64,000 bases of DNA from Massalongia carnosa (Eukaryota), in the NCBI GenBank assembly GCA_965645245.1, contig OZ287079.1, positions 806,001-870,000 of the forward strand, written 5' to 3'. Shown here in pieces: positions 45,871 through 59,745 of the stretch. Within the stretch, counting starts at the first letter, position 1. Every line of letters begins with the position of its first letter. The translations under genes were made by a program, and so were the position numbers. Below the pieces are notes generated by a model, which did no database searches, was not told where the DNA came from, and saw only the letters and a program-made list of their open reading frames with translations.

Positions 45871-48689
45871 TTTTAAGGATAACGGCTTTGTGGAAAGCAA
45901 TAAAAGCTAGGTTGAAAGCAAGTTTTCTTTGGGTTTTGCCAGAGCGCTCAGCACTTCGAGCATCTGGCCGTAATATATGGGGCTTCAAGTAAGTAGCAAA
46001 AGGATATTGTTTTTTTTTTTTTGGTTTCGAAGAAACAGAAGTCGCTCCGTGACGCAGTATTGACGTCACCCTCCTCCTTGGGCTCATATCCTGCCGTTGC
46101 GGTTGAAAATAATCTTATCTTTTGGTATGACTCCCCACCCTCGAGTCCCTTCCGAATATTACATACAGCATAGGCAAAAGCCAAGTGTTTTTGTCGCATT
46201 CGGACTGCTCCCGGGCCAGATATCGCTTCCCATTCGTCACGTGGCTATCATATGACTATGAAACCAGCACCATCTGCCCGACGATCCATTCACGTGTCCG
46301 TTTGCAGTTTGCATATGAATTTTCCGTTACGCAGAGCACGGAACGGCCTCCTTGTCCTTGACGACCCACTCTACCACTTTGCTGCAGTAGTTCTAGGAAA
46401 CTATATCAGCCGTTAGGGAAGGTTGTCAAGGCGAGGTTTCCCATTGTCCCGTCTCGCTTCCCCTCTCCTCATCCTTTCGTCTATTCTTTAGGGTCCAACC
46501 CCTATTCAACCGATTCCGTCGCGCTCCTCCCCTCGTCCTTTCGCTTCTGCTGCCGCTCCCTCTGTTGATAAATAGTTGACGCCATAAAGTTGACGTTACT
46601 ACAGATGTGACTGCTTACAGTAGCCATGGTGGCCTGTAAAGCTGAGCTAATATAAATAAGGCTAAATTTCTTTACTCTAGTCCAAGTGTTTTCTTTTTTG
46701 AACGTTTACGACTACTGGCTATTGTTCTCATATGTTAAAGTCTAAGCTCTTTTATTTCATATCTTTTCAACAACCTACGCCCATATATTTCTGAGCAATA
46801 GCAATATGTATTCTTAGCAGACTTACCAAATCCCCCTATATCGTTGGAGAAAGAATATTGAAGTCAAGATAGCTAAATTTCGCAAAACCACAACAGCAAA
46901 CGCAGTGGAACAACGGATTCATCACTAGTCTGGGATCCGAGATAGCTACGTCAGGCCTTAACTCAAACCCCAAACTCAAATCCGAATACTTACCTCTGTT
47001 TCCAACCGAAACACCGGCCCTGTCCAAAACGCATTCGTTCTTCTCGCGCCTCTCCTTCCTCATCTCCTTAGATTTAAAGCATTTTTATGTAAAACATTCT
47101 CGAGGACGGTTTTTTACTCGTTCACATTAACTAAGTAGTGAAACTTCGATTTCTTTCATGAAGTTGATAAAATCTGAACGATAAAAAAACTAAACCACTA
47201 TTCGCCACCGCAATGATACGGATCTGTTAATCGCATGACAAGGATGGGTCCAATGATTTGTGGGGGAGGGTTGTTTTTTTGGCTGACGTGTGGGAAGCGA
47301 TGTAGGGAGTACTTTTTTTCTTTCTCTCTTTTTTTGCTCTCCTATGCGTTTTAGGGGAGGGGGATGTTGGGATCTATGAGGTAAATGTTTTCTCCAATGT
47401 GTTGTTTGTTAGGTAAGTCCCTCTTCTCTTTTCGGGAGTTTGTTCTAGCAGGAAACTTTTTAATATAGTTGCAACTGTTCACAAAAAAAGGCGGAGGGGG
47501 AGAGAAAATGAGCTGAGCTGAGCTGATGAACGCCTCCTTTCCGCTGGCTCTGGCGAAGTCGATTAACTACTCTTATCATCTCTTCTCTTTCACTCTTGCT
47601 GCCTCAATATCTGGGAGGGAGGGGGGGAAAATGAAAAATTTTGCTGGATATGTACGTACGTACTCGTACGTACGTACGTATGTATGTACATAGACCTATC
47701 TCCTCCCTTACTTTCCGATCCTCCAACTGGATACATAGTTATCTGGCTCATTATCTACATTTCAGGAGCGTTTTCATTATCATATCCTCCAACTTTGTTG
47801 GAGGATCAGCTTTACCAGGATACTTGCCTACAGCGCACTAGCTAGTCGGGCCACCATATTTTTTCTAGTTAGGGGCTCAGGGCTCACCCAATGCGGGGAG
47901 AAAGGGGGTGCTGGAATAATCGCTTAGCCTTAACTATTTGTACTAGTAGCTCAGCCCTGCTGGTTTCCATAACTCTTATAAGCAGTCACTTCCGTTGTAA
48001 ACTCAACATTATGCCGTCAAATATGCGCTCCTTGGACGGTATCCTTCATATTCATGCATAAACCACGCGTTATCATGTGGCATCAAGAAGATGATGAGCT
48101 GAAAACTCAGACATGGAAAGCGCGACGTCGAAAGGGACACGAAAACGAAGCCGAAACGAAGCTGTAACGTCATCGAAAGGAATGAACCTGATGAGAAGGA
48201 GATCTATAATGGGACCTTAAATGACTAGAGTTTAAATCAAATCATGCAGCGCTAATAAACTCCATGGTAAGATATCGAGCAATGGTCTAGGGTTCTGGGG
48301 AAGTACCACGGCATGACTGCGTATCCGTTGATAGGAGATAGAACTCGTGCTATGTGTATGTATACCTCTATTCTTAATCGGGAAAGAAAGACCATGATCG
48401 AAAGGAAAGAAAGAGAAAGAATACAAAGATATGGAACGTCCGAATACTAGCGTCAAACGCCAACGTTATCCGACTAAATCTTTGTCAAAAGTACGGAGTA
48501 AATTGTCGTTGTACTCTTTGAGCTATGTTCTTTGGCCCCTCCTGCCTCTTCACCACTGAAAAATTTCGAGGAATTTTTCGTCGGGACTACGCCCTCTTTC
48601 CTTTGGCGTCAACACCTTAAGGGCTGTTCTTTCGAAATTGATTCTCTCGCATATAATACTTCTCAAGGCCCTCATTAAAGATTACTCTC

Positions 48690-49062
48690 GGTAATTCGAC
48701 CCCTTTATGGAAGTTCAGTAATGATTGGTTGGGGTAAGTTGAACGTAGGGGCATTTAAAACTGGTGATGATGATCTAGGAGGATTGATTCTAAGCCTTTG
48801 TTTGGAGAGATGAAGTGTACGCACATTCGGGTAAAGGAAGTCGTCCTCCTCGTCCTCTTCCCCCGAAACAGGAGAACAAGAGCTCCCTCCGAGAGTATGC
48901 ATGTTCGTCAACAAAGACATAAACAAATTTGCAAATAAAATCTTTGCAAAAGACAATAAAATTAAGAGGCGGAGGAAGAGAAGAGGATGGAGGCTGCGAA
49001 GACTGGGTAATTCGACCCCTTTATGGAAGTTCAGTAATGATTGGTTGGGGTAAGTTGAACGT
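48690..49062. repeat. 57-bp exact direct repeat (48690-48746 and 49006-49062)
   Basis: GGTAATTCGACCCCTTTATGGAAGTTCAGTAATGATTGGTTGGGGTAAGTTGAACGT occurs twice. Confidence 0.92.
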
Positions 49063-52000
49063 TCAAGATATCATACGTGATACGGAAACAAAGACAGAAA
49101 AAGAGAGGGCTTGAATGCCTACCATACGATCATTGGATGACAAGGTAGAGAAAAGGATAGGGTTATGCTAATGTGAGTGTGAAAGACATTGGAGGGCAAT
49201 TCAATGGGCTGGTTCATGTCATGGCGAGGAACCAGCGCTGCGGCTCGTTCATCAATGCTATGAGCTTAGACTTCTATCCTCAACTGAAGAGCATCCTGAA
49301 TAAACTATCTTTTTCGCTGAAGCATCCGCCAAATTCGAATGTTGATTCCGGAAGACCGTCATCATCGAGTCAAACGACAGTCTTAAGTAAGCACGGTCGG
49401 TGGGAATAACAGAGAAGCGTGGTGTTGAGAAGCCTGGGAATCGAAGAGATACTGGCGTGACTGGATAAAATTTGGAGACCCTATCCATTAGTGCTTCGAC
49501 TAATATATCGTAACGTTTATCATGATGAAAATTATTCAGCTGCTTTTGATCATAGACTGCCGGCTGTACAGAGAGTGAACGTCACTATTACCTACACTCT
49601 GCGTCAGAAATTCGAAACAAGTTTAGTCACGAGTACGAGCTCACTAAGGTTAACTTCATGCTTCGACCTTCCAGAAGTATGTTCTTGTCAACACTCCAAA
49701 CTCATAACGTATTTTCTTACATGTCGATCTACTCTTTCTGAGGTCGATTTGCAGATCGCATTTGCTCCACTCCAGTCTTCCCGTTGGGTCTCTTCAAAGT
49801 GTTGAAGTTGTGTGTTTCGCATTTTCGAGGAGATATTTTATATATTGCCATAACATGGGGAAACAACCTGCCCCGCTTCGTGCTGTAAAACCGCAGCTGA
49901 ATTTTTGTCCTGGTTTCTATAACCACTCCAGCTATCTAACACCCTCCTTCTCCTCTCCCCCCCTCTCGATCCTCCGTGATATCCTCCCCTTCCCCCTCCC
50001 CGGGGAGGGAACTCACCTCCAACCTAGCCTAGATAAGTTTTAGGTAACATGGTCTATAACAGTTGAAGTAGGTTATACTCAAAAACAGGCGAGGGCATTG
50101 CCATGGGAAACAAGCCGTTCGATACTATCCAGGGTGTCCAGGGACCCTCGACTACTCCTCTTCTCGTTCTGGGGCCGATAGTGTTCCCACACGGCCAGAC
50201 GAGACAGTAATGCCGTCCTGCGGCGAGCAAACTGACAACTTCAACCAGAATTTAATCGCACAACTTCGTCCATTTGTCGCATGCAACAATCAGTATCTGG
50301 GGTTTAGATCGGGATGTCATCCATCGTCCCCTATCTCGACCCAGGCTAGATGTAAAAGCTCGATTTACCTCTAAGCCAACCGTAGCGGCTCTGCGAGGAA
50401 TGTAAGGGCTATGGTTATCGGCACTATCGTAGACATCCCCTCAGAACTTTGATTGCGTCCGTCTATCGAGAGCGCCATAGGGATTTCTTGGAGTATTGGT
50501 CCGGAATTTTCCTGCCACTAGGGACATGGATACCTCTGAGGTCTACAAACCCTGTCTTTCCTTAATATGAAGTCGAAGCCACCTCCGTGATCATAGGGGG
50601 GCCTAGTGGGATCGTAGATTTAATCCGGACCCGGGTATCCTCCAAGGGCAAGCTACGCCTGTTCAGCGCTTACTAAGCGATATGGAGTCTTGCTTCAGCG
50701 TACATGGTGGACTCTTCTCTTGTTCCTAGTTTTACATTGGCGAAAACAAAGCTAAAAGTTATTCGAGGTTGACCGTTTTAGAATAGAAGTATGCCCGATT
50801 GCCCCAACTCGAATGCGCCTGAGCTGATGGTTATGGCTATCTACCACCCACAACAGACTTCTCTAAAATATGAGACTCTGACGTTAAATCTCAAAAATAT
50901 ATCGAGATTTCCGTCATGTGTGTTTACAAAGCATTTACATGTTGTAGAAATACGCAGAAAGAAAGGCAAGGTACAGGAGGAGGGAGCAATAGGCCCATAT
51001 AGCTCGCCCCGAGAGCACCGAGTTCAAAGCCATTGGAAGAGAATATCATGAAAGCAGAAAAGGAACCAAATATACTGGCACCGTAAAATGCAAAGTTGAG
51101 GAAGAATAACGACCCATGACAAATATGGCCGCGGCTCATGGAAGTTCAACCCAGTCCCCATGTCTCTAAGGACTTCCCATCTAGATCTTGCACCAGCGTG
51201 AAGAGAAAAGGTTTCACCTGGGTTGACTGTAAAAACACAAAACTTGTCCTTGGTAACATAATTCGTACTGAGTCTGCACTGTCGTGTAACGCCGGCGAGC
51301 TTTTCCTCGTCAACTTCAATATCTTGAGTATGAGCAGAATTTCCATCCTCATGTTCAAGCAGTCGTGAGTTATTCGCCCATTTATCTATGAGGACAATCG
51401 TCCATCTAGTGGAGTCTTGCATTACTCACCAATGCAACCGAAGCTTAGGGAGAATTAGTAGTACGAGTACTCGCAAACAGGTTTATGGTTCTCTCTTGCT
51501 GGACAAGCTCAGCTTTCTTCCTCTAATTCTGTCTTTATTATTCCCTTATTGTCTTATAATTTAGCTATTTTTATTGAGGGCATGTCATCAAGCTGATCTG
51601 CCATTTATTTTCATGATTCTTAAACCCCTACTACCAAGAGTTTTCTTTAAAACTTTACAGGAGTGCGTTTAAAAAGGCGGATGAATATGCATGATGATAC
51701 GTTTGCGGCACCTTTCTCCAATTTGACCTGCTATCTATTACCTTATAGTCCTCTTTAATTTAACGGTGAAGAGCATCTTTCAACTCTCTTCTGGTAGTTC
51801 GATTAATTGTGATACGGCGATTTTGTCGTTCCTTTCTCCGCTTCTGGGCGGCAAAATGTAAGTATTCAAAATCAGCGAATCTTAAGCTCATAGAGATGAA
51901 TACTTCCATTCTCTGCGTTCTAACACACTGTCGGTCTGTATATCATGTGGTGTGCTGACTAAACCCGGTGCCCTTCCGAAAAAGTGCGTCCATCCCAGAA

Positions 52001-54944
52001 AGTGAGACGAAGAGCTTAAAGGAGATAGGGTAAAGAGGCAAAAACAGGAGCGCCAGATCGTCAGGCCAGGAAGCTGTCTATCAGAAAATACACTCGAAGA
52101 CCACATATACGTGGAAATATTGGTGTGCGTTTTCATTACTCTCTTCCGAAAGTAAATATTCTCTTCGTCATCGTCTCTTCACTTGTTGCCATGGACTCCG
52201 CTGTTGCATTCGGACGAGCTAACCTGAAATCCTGTTCGCGTCTCTAGCAACGCAAACACACCAATTCGCTTCCTTGATGCTAAAGTTCCGTTCAGTCGCA
52301 CTTAGTAACAATACAGCTAGGACCAGAAGAGTTTTCTTATCACGTATATATTTTAAAAAAATGGTACCGGTGTTCTCTTGCCTTTTTATAACAACGCAGA
52401 GGCGTCAAGGGAAACATTCAGATGGGAGGCAAGCGTGGCGTTAAACTCGATGGTTTGGAGGCCCGCTGGTCGGTTGAAAGTTCACAAAGAAGCTGATTCC
52501 CCTTGCCATACAGGCGTCGGTTCGGTAACTAGGTCTTATGCAATAATCGACCCGCAGCGTGATTATAGGACAAGCCTTTATTGCAGCAAGACGGGGTTTT
52601 GTAAAGGGGGAAAGTTTCCCGCCCGATTGGGCTTTAAACCAAAAAAAAACGACGATTTTCTTCGTCCCGTTTCCCAGGTCCCCGATGCTACATGCTGTTG
52701 CCAAGTCCAAAATGGCCCCCTCCCCGCCAAAAAAACCTTTCTCTAAAGATTAATTTTTCGCATCTTCATTTAGTTCCATGTCGCTGCAACTTCTTGCTAG
52801 GTAAATGGGCGGGTTTCGTTGAGGCAAGCGGACGTGGTGATGGTAGAAATAGAAACCGATATTGTATGTATATAATTTTTGTATGTATGACTAGTTAGCC
52901 TGTTTTGTTTTTCCATTCCCCTTAATTGGAAACAATTATACTGTTCTCCAGCCATTTGGTGGGTTTTTTGTTTTTCTTCCAGCAAATCTGTGCGTAATGC
53001 GAACAGTTGATCCAACAGTCCCCCCAACCCCTCCCCATCCAATAGCATTGAATTGGATGTGAGGTTATATATTTGCACTGCTTTGCATCACACATGAGGT
53101 TTGCAAAACCCCTCTCGAGCGTTCCATTTCCTTTCCCAGGGCGCAATCCTTCGAACTCACCTCGACGAATAAACATCTCGATCCAGCTTGTTTACTACCC
53201 CGTTTGTTCCCTGACCTAGGAGATTACGTCTCTTCTCTAAATATCCTCGCTGGTGTTAGTATCATCGTCATGACTTCTGGTCTGCTAACGCACCCCTATA
53301 CTCCTGTGGGAAAAGATAATCTGTTCTCCTTGCATGTCTCCTACCCAGCAACAGACAGTCTGGTTTGGTTCCTAATAGATCGCTTCGCTTCACTCGCTTC
53401 TCCCACCTCTCCATGGAATTTCCTCTTCAGGAAGAAAAACCGAAGGTTTTTCTTTTACGGGATTAGTTAACCATCCTGCCTTGTTACTGGTTTTTTCTCT
53501 CCAGAACCAGGTGCGCAATTGACAGGAAATGCCATGCGGAAGCTGACAACTAATCGCGATACCTACCTCACCACTATTTTTCAAACTCCACTGCTCATTG
53601 GCGCCTAATTAATTGATGACGTATTTTCATATTGCAGAAGAGGAGGTGGATCAACCCCCCTCCTTACCAGCGTGCCGAGTAGTAAGTAGTTGAGCAATAT
53701 GAGAAGGAATGAATGAAGTAATATCCGCTTCCTCCCTCCCTCCCTCGCTTTTCATTTCCCCAGTCTTTGTTTATTTCAGAACATGTCGAAACCTCACGAG
53801 CAAAAGCCGCCGATTGAAGACTGTTGATCGTTTGTCCTATCAACGGAAAGGAAAGTGGCAGGGGATAGATGGAGAATATATACGAAATATGTATTATCCG
53901 AGGCAAGGAAAGTAAGGCAAGTATGTATGTATATATGTGAGTGAGAAGATACTTATAGTTAGCCTAGTATAATAATAATAACAAAAAAATATCAGCATGA
54001 AAAAGCGCTGTCGTATACATAATGAAAAAAGACAAGAGTTTTTGCGATAATTGGGGGGGATACATAAAAAGGGATTGAGAAGAGAAGAAGAAAAAGATTC
54101 GCTGAGCAGGATATTTTTATGGAAAAGAGAGAGAGACATAGATACCTAGGCAATAGTAATGTAGGTAGTGAAGGGAACTCCTCCGACTGATCACTCGTTC
54201 ATTCATGTATTTATTATGAATAAAAAGATGAACAACAAGTTACTCGGATACATAACATACGACATCTCCAGCTTATGTGCGAGACAAAGGCCCATTTAAC
54301 TATGTCTAGCGAAACCCCTTTGCTCCCTAAAGAATATGTAATATCGTAGTGAGTGCCAGTGAATCACAACTACAACCACTACCACCACCCTAAGAAAAAC
54401 AACAGAGACAAAAAAAGAAAACTCAATGAAGCTCAAGGAGAATAGAGAAAAGTTGTACACTAATTATGTGTGGATGTGAGGCACTTTAACCTACCTGAGT
54501 TGGTTGTGGTAGGGGCAATTCCTACGGGGAATGGAAGATGGAAAATGGAAAAGAAAAGCAGCGCTGGTGCAACTAAATCACCTAATCAATTCCATTGAGG
54601 TCGAAAGAGAGGGAGCATGCGGTGGGATGCATATATAGTTGGCAGCAGAAGCAACAAAGTTTGTCGGTGATTACATTACGTTTTGACGGTAGCTCTACTG
54701 AATCGGGGTAAAGGACAGTGTGGACCCCTTCCTCCGCACCTTGTCTGGCCTTGCCGGGCGTCGACTCCGACCGATCATGACCAAAGCTAGCTTGGTGGAT
54801 GCGGAAAGCAGAGCAAAAAACCAAAGAAAGAAAGCAGCCCGTTCTAGAAACTTCACCTGCAATCCAGTCTATAGCGGTCAAGCCAGAAAAAAAATCCAAC
54901 TAGGCACACTGCTCCAAATCCATCATGGAAACCGGTGAGCTTCT

Positions 54945-56367
54945 TCATTTCCAAAACCATCCGTCATCGTTCACATTGGTGATGCAGCTGCTCTCCACGC
55001 CCCAGAAGTGATTTCCCTGGCGGCCGGGCAAATAGCCGGCGTCTCGGGTGCTGAAGGTCTGGGAATAAAGTCCACAGTAGGTGCCCTGCGCGACCCCGTC
55101 ACGCTTGATCATATAGGCGTTGAATTGCCTGCAACGGCTGGTGAGGGAGAATATATTAAGCTTGTTGTTGTAAGAATTTTGGGCTTGGGCATAGGCAGCG
55201 CAGAGGTTTCTGGGAGAGAGAATTGTTAGCAAAACCCGCCGCAGTGATTAGTGATTTAACCAATAGTCGAGAGCGGTAGTGAAAGAATATTGTTAGAGGC
55301 CCATGGGTAAGGGGGGTCAACTCACATGTCGAATGGTCCTGGGAAAAATTTCGTACCAAGACAGCTGCGTGGCTCATGGATAATACCGTTGGAGCACTTT
55401 TGCGGCTTGGAGCATCCCTTGGGAGTGACAGGTTGGGTGTTGTTGGTCTTTTCATAGCCGTTGGAACCCGCGATGACGACTTGGAATGCGTTCCTCCATC
55501 CACCAAAGTTGTTGGCAGCAGCAGGCTCGACACCAGATCCCCATAAGGTACATTTAAAGTTTGTAATGCTACTTGGATAAGGGCAGCCCTCGGTAGGGTT
55601 AAGTTTGGGATCACGCTCGATGTAAAGATTGAAACCAGTGCACAGGGTGGTATTGTCACACCACTGGGAACAGCCGAGCGGATCATAGCTCCTGAGTGTG
55701 TGGAGACCAAGGTAGGAATTGGCTGAGACACTAGCGTTAAGATCCTTGAAGGTTCGATCATAGCCAGAGGGGGTCTTAGCATTCTGAGCCCATGTGTGAA
55801 ACTGGGGCATGGCTTCGAAGTTTGTCACGTCATCCGTTGCCGGGACAGGTCCGTAGCCTAAGTCTGATTAGCAACGGTTTGATATAAGAACATCTTATAG
55901 ATACCGTCAGGCTGGGGGGCACAAGGGTCTTCGGGGTTGATGAAGCCGCAGTAGGTGCCCTCCTCGGGAGTAGTGGGACAAGATGACTCAGAGCTAGTCG
56001 TCGAGGTCCCCGTTGAAGAACCCGACGTGGAGATAGTAGTTGATCCTGTAGTTGCAGTCGGCTTTGAAGTAGCGGTTGACGAGGAAACAGTGCTTGACTG
56101 TGTGTTGCTTGCTGTAGCGCCGTTATCTCGCTTGGCTTTGCCCGTGGCAGATGGTGCTGTAGCCGCCTGGGCCACGGAAGTGACTGCTGCAGAACCCACA
56201 GACAATACGGCTGCTACGTCGTAGGAGGTTGTCTGAACGACAGCGATAAGCGGGGGAACTGTCAGGGTTGGGGACGGGGCGGAGTTGATAGCGCCGAAGT
56301 CGAAGTCATTGACGATTGCCGCAACAGCGTATGCGCCCACAGGGGCAAGGAGCAGAGCGAAACGCAT
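54945..56367 (-). CDS. Secreted Ser/Thr-rich protein with two Cys-rich (PAN/apple-like) modules, 3 exons
   Basis: Signal peptide MRFALLLAPVGAYAVAA, a KR site and S/T linker; motifs CAPQPDGYGP, C..FN.YIERDP, FQVVIAGSNGY, CRQFNAY. Introns 55904-55858 and 55325-55210 join in frame. Confidence 0.88.
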
Positions 56368-57832
56368 CTTGCTGATTAAGGATTGGTAGGTTTCTGAAGT
56401 TGTCTTTGGCTCGATTTAGAGAGTGAGATGGAACTCGGAAGTTGCTGATGATCTTGGAGCGCAGAGAATCTCTTTATAGAAGGTCATTGCTCTACTCGCT
56501 TCTAGTCATCGGTAGAATTTGGGACTAGAAGCATACGTAGACCTATGGCAAAGCCATAGGCGCCTGCAGAAGTTTGAAGCATTTTCGAATCTTGGTAACA
56601 GAGTAAGAGTCCAAGAAAACTCAGATGAAGGCCGAGTACACGTACGCTCGATTATTCCAGGCGTATCCGTACTCGGACGCACGACTAACAAAAAGGCGAA
56701 TTGAACAGGTTGATAGCGAGATAACTCAAACTCTAGGGGATATGCTCCGAGTAGGATTTGCTGCTAGCTCCCCCGAAGAAACCTGTGGTGAGATCTATGA
56801 ACCACGATAATAAACATGCAAGACCGATGCTATGGTAGTAAAAAAACACACATACAGTATCCTGCTGCATTTTCTCAGAACAAGCGATCCTCCTCTACAA
56901 GACTGCCACAGGTAGGGACATGAGGTCATACGCCATATAGTAGAATAGGGAAAGTCAAAGCAATATCAAACGTGATTGTGAAGCCATAGACGCCCACAAA
57001 GCTCGAGAGAGCTTAGGTGTAGCCCCACAGCAGAAAAAGGTTAACATGGTCAAACAGAGAGCCGGATTTCGTATCCAGTATGACAGAAATGAGATACGAG
57101 TACGACTAAACCTTCCAAGAGACAAAACTGTTCGAGTGCTTCATGACGACGACAATGTACTCTGTATGTTGCCCCTTCTGGATAATGCCATCGCTAAAAT
57201 TAGTCACTAATTAGGTCATCTGCTTATTAAGCATGGAAATCCGCTTCGAGTTTTGTTTTGCAGGCAAATGATCTTTTCATTAACTTTGCAATGATGTGAT
57301 TTACTGAGTAAACTTTACAGATGCAAATCACAAGGAGAATATGAAGTTTTTGATAGACTACGTTAACTAGCGTATTTAAGCCAAGCAAATCTTGCCGTCT
57401 AAACCCTTGAACATACAATACCAGAAGGGTAGTACAGTGCATATATGCAGGGAGCCCCATCAGTCTCAGCGGGAATGTTCACACTTAAACTTCTACAAAG
57501 AGCGCCGGAATAGCTGAGGGGGCCACGAGGCGCTAAGAAGAAGCTGTTGATACAAGCTAGTACAGAAGTCCAAAGTCTTTCCCAGAGGCGCTGATTGTGC
57601 GAGATGGGTGGCTTTGTGAGAGACGTGAGGGGAACATTACAAGCTACGTTGGAAGAATTATCTCACGTCACCCTTTCACGCCCTAGGTGACGCAGGCCCA
57701 AATTGAGTTCAGCCGAGAAAACAGGCCAGGTTCCCCGAGGATAATGTCAAATAGTCCAACGGCATTGCTTCTAAAGTAAACGTACAGGAGGGGAAAGATC
57801 AGCGCGAAACCAAGAAGGCTCCATCCTTGTGT

Positions 57833-58666
57833 CTACCACGTCTCATCGCTCCCGATATCGCTGAAGGCTTCGCTCGGCATTCTCTGCTCTATCCTGTGTG
57901 CATCCCTGTCCCACATGCTAGGGGATCGGTGGCTGCCGTATCGTCCCTCGCGCGCTTCTAGCTCATGGGAAGGGTGGTGTCGCCGATGACCCTCATGGGG
58001 AATGTGGCTCTGACGGTGGTGGTGGTCCTGGCAATGTTGATGGTGGGGACGATCATGATGATTCTCGTGGGGATGTTCATGATCCTGGCTGGAACGAGGG
58101 TGAACGAAACGGCGATGGGGAGCTCTATGTGTTTGATCGTAAAACTCGATGGGACGGAATCTCTCGTAGCTGTGTCTCCGACCAAGTGTTAAATCCTCAA
58201 AGGAGTCAACAAAAGATCCACCCAGGGAATCATCTGAGCCCCAGATATTGCCGTCCTGAAGGTCAATGTCATCACAAGATGAGCCACCAGGGGAGTCGTA
58301 GTCATCCTCAGTTGGGTGATGTTGGATATGTCCCAAGTGGCGGCCATGATGGTGGTGTTCTGGTTGTCGTCTTCGGTAAAGATTTATTGGGAGCCCATCT
58401 GGAGCAGTAAATCGTACGAGCCTCAACTGTCCATCGCCCATATCACGGATCACATGCTTAGGGGGCTCTAGGAGTGGCAATCTACGATGATGTTCAGTCC
58501 GTTCTCCGTATCTCCTGTCTGGTTGAAGTTTGATCCTTTGCCGCTGCTGTGGACGAGGGAAGTCGTAGAATCGGGCCTGCTGCTCTAACCGCCTTTCCTC
58601 CAATCTCTTGTTGTGCTCGTTAAACCCCAGGAGGTTACTCAGCATTCTTCCTCCAGGGACCATCAT
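57833..58666 (-). CDS. Uncharacterised His/Arg-rich, probably disordered protein (277 aa)
   Basis: Single 834-bp ORF with strongly biased composition; no recognised domain. Confidence 0.65.
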   Translation of the reverse strand: MMVPGGRMLSNLLGFNEHNKRLEERRLEQQARFYDFPRPQQRQRIKLQPDRRYGERTEHHRRLPLLEPPKHVIRDMGDGQLRLVRFTAPDGLPINLYRRRQPEHHHHGRHLGHIQHHPTEDDYDSPGGSSCDDIDLQDGNIWGSDDSLGGSFVDSFEDLTLGRRHSYERFRPIEFYDQTHRAPHRRFVHPRSSQDHEHPHENHHDRPHHQHCQDHHHRQSHIPHEGHRRHHPSHELEAREGRYGSHRSPSMWDRDAHRIEQRMPSEAFSDIGSDETW

Positions 58667-59745
58667 TCTCGATGCTGCGCAATGAATAATGTGTCGAAAC
58701 TGGATCCGACAAAGAGATATCGATCTCTACAAAGGCACGTAGTCCTTGCAGGTGCAGTTGGGTTGTTGAACACTTGCCACGAAAGCAAACTTCATGGCAT
58801 AATGAGAAGGAAGGGGTTGGCTGTTTGCTAAACACATGTGATGGAAGATGTGCTCTCGTAATTAGGACGGAAGGGACAAAGCATTGTGAAGGAATAAATG
58901 TTATCTGCGGAATATCTTTACTTATTATAGACACGGAGGCTCTTAGGTATACGCTCTTTAGGGGAGTCGAATCCCGATGGCAGTCCTGAAGCAATCGAGT
59001 GCGGGTACCACGGCATAGAAGACGTTTGCCCGGGATGACTCCCTCTTGCGGGTCACAAGTGCAAAGGATTGCCAGCGGGTTGCAAGCAATCTTTGGGGTA
59101 ACTCGTCGGATATCTCGCCGCGGGCAATTCCAACGAGAGCATGACTGTCATGATGATCGCATCTTCCCCTTCGTCGCCGTCCTACGACGTGGACGCTTGC
59201 TTACTCTATCGCTTCCAGCCTCTCCCAGTACCTTGTAGTCATGTAATACTCCCACCGTTGTGATGAGATGTTCTCCAGACGAGAAGCACAACATACAGGA
59301 GACACTTCGATACCTAGCCGGGAGTCTGGACTTCTCGTTATTCACACATGCAGTCATTGGGGAGACAGTGTTGAAACTCGGCATTTTTGAATGCGTGCCT
59401 TTTGCGCGTTCTGAAAGTTTCGTTCTCGGCGTACATTCTGGGATGAAGAAACCGTGTGAGAAATAGTCGTCCACTCTTAAAACCCTTCTCCGTTCCAATC
59501 TCCTCCAGAGCCAATTTGATCTTGTGCCTCACACCATCGTACCACCGCAAACCAAACTCCTGCCAAGAGCTCTCCTACCAACACAGGCGTAGTGTATATC
59601 AAGTTGGTCAAGCTTTATGCAACCCTTGATATTCTGCTTAATTTCGACTGCCAGCCAAATTCCGATCTTTTCCAACCCTTCGCACTCCTCAACGCCGCCA
59701 GTTACGATCCAAAACTCACCAAACCCTCATTCGATCCAGAATCGC

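Noticed and set aside
45051..47690. Microsatellites (GATT)n near 45051 and (GTAC)n near 47650
   Set aside because: Ordinary short simple repeats.
46200..54900. Many 60-130 aa ORFs, including 51024..51422
   Set aside because: No motifs or consistent splice structure; treated as intergenic, though a decayed or small gene cannot be excluded.
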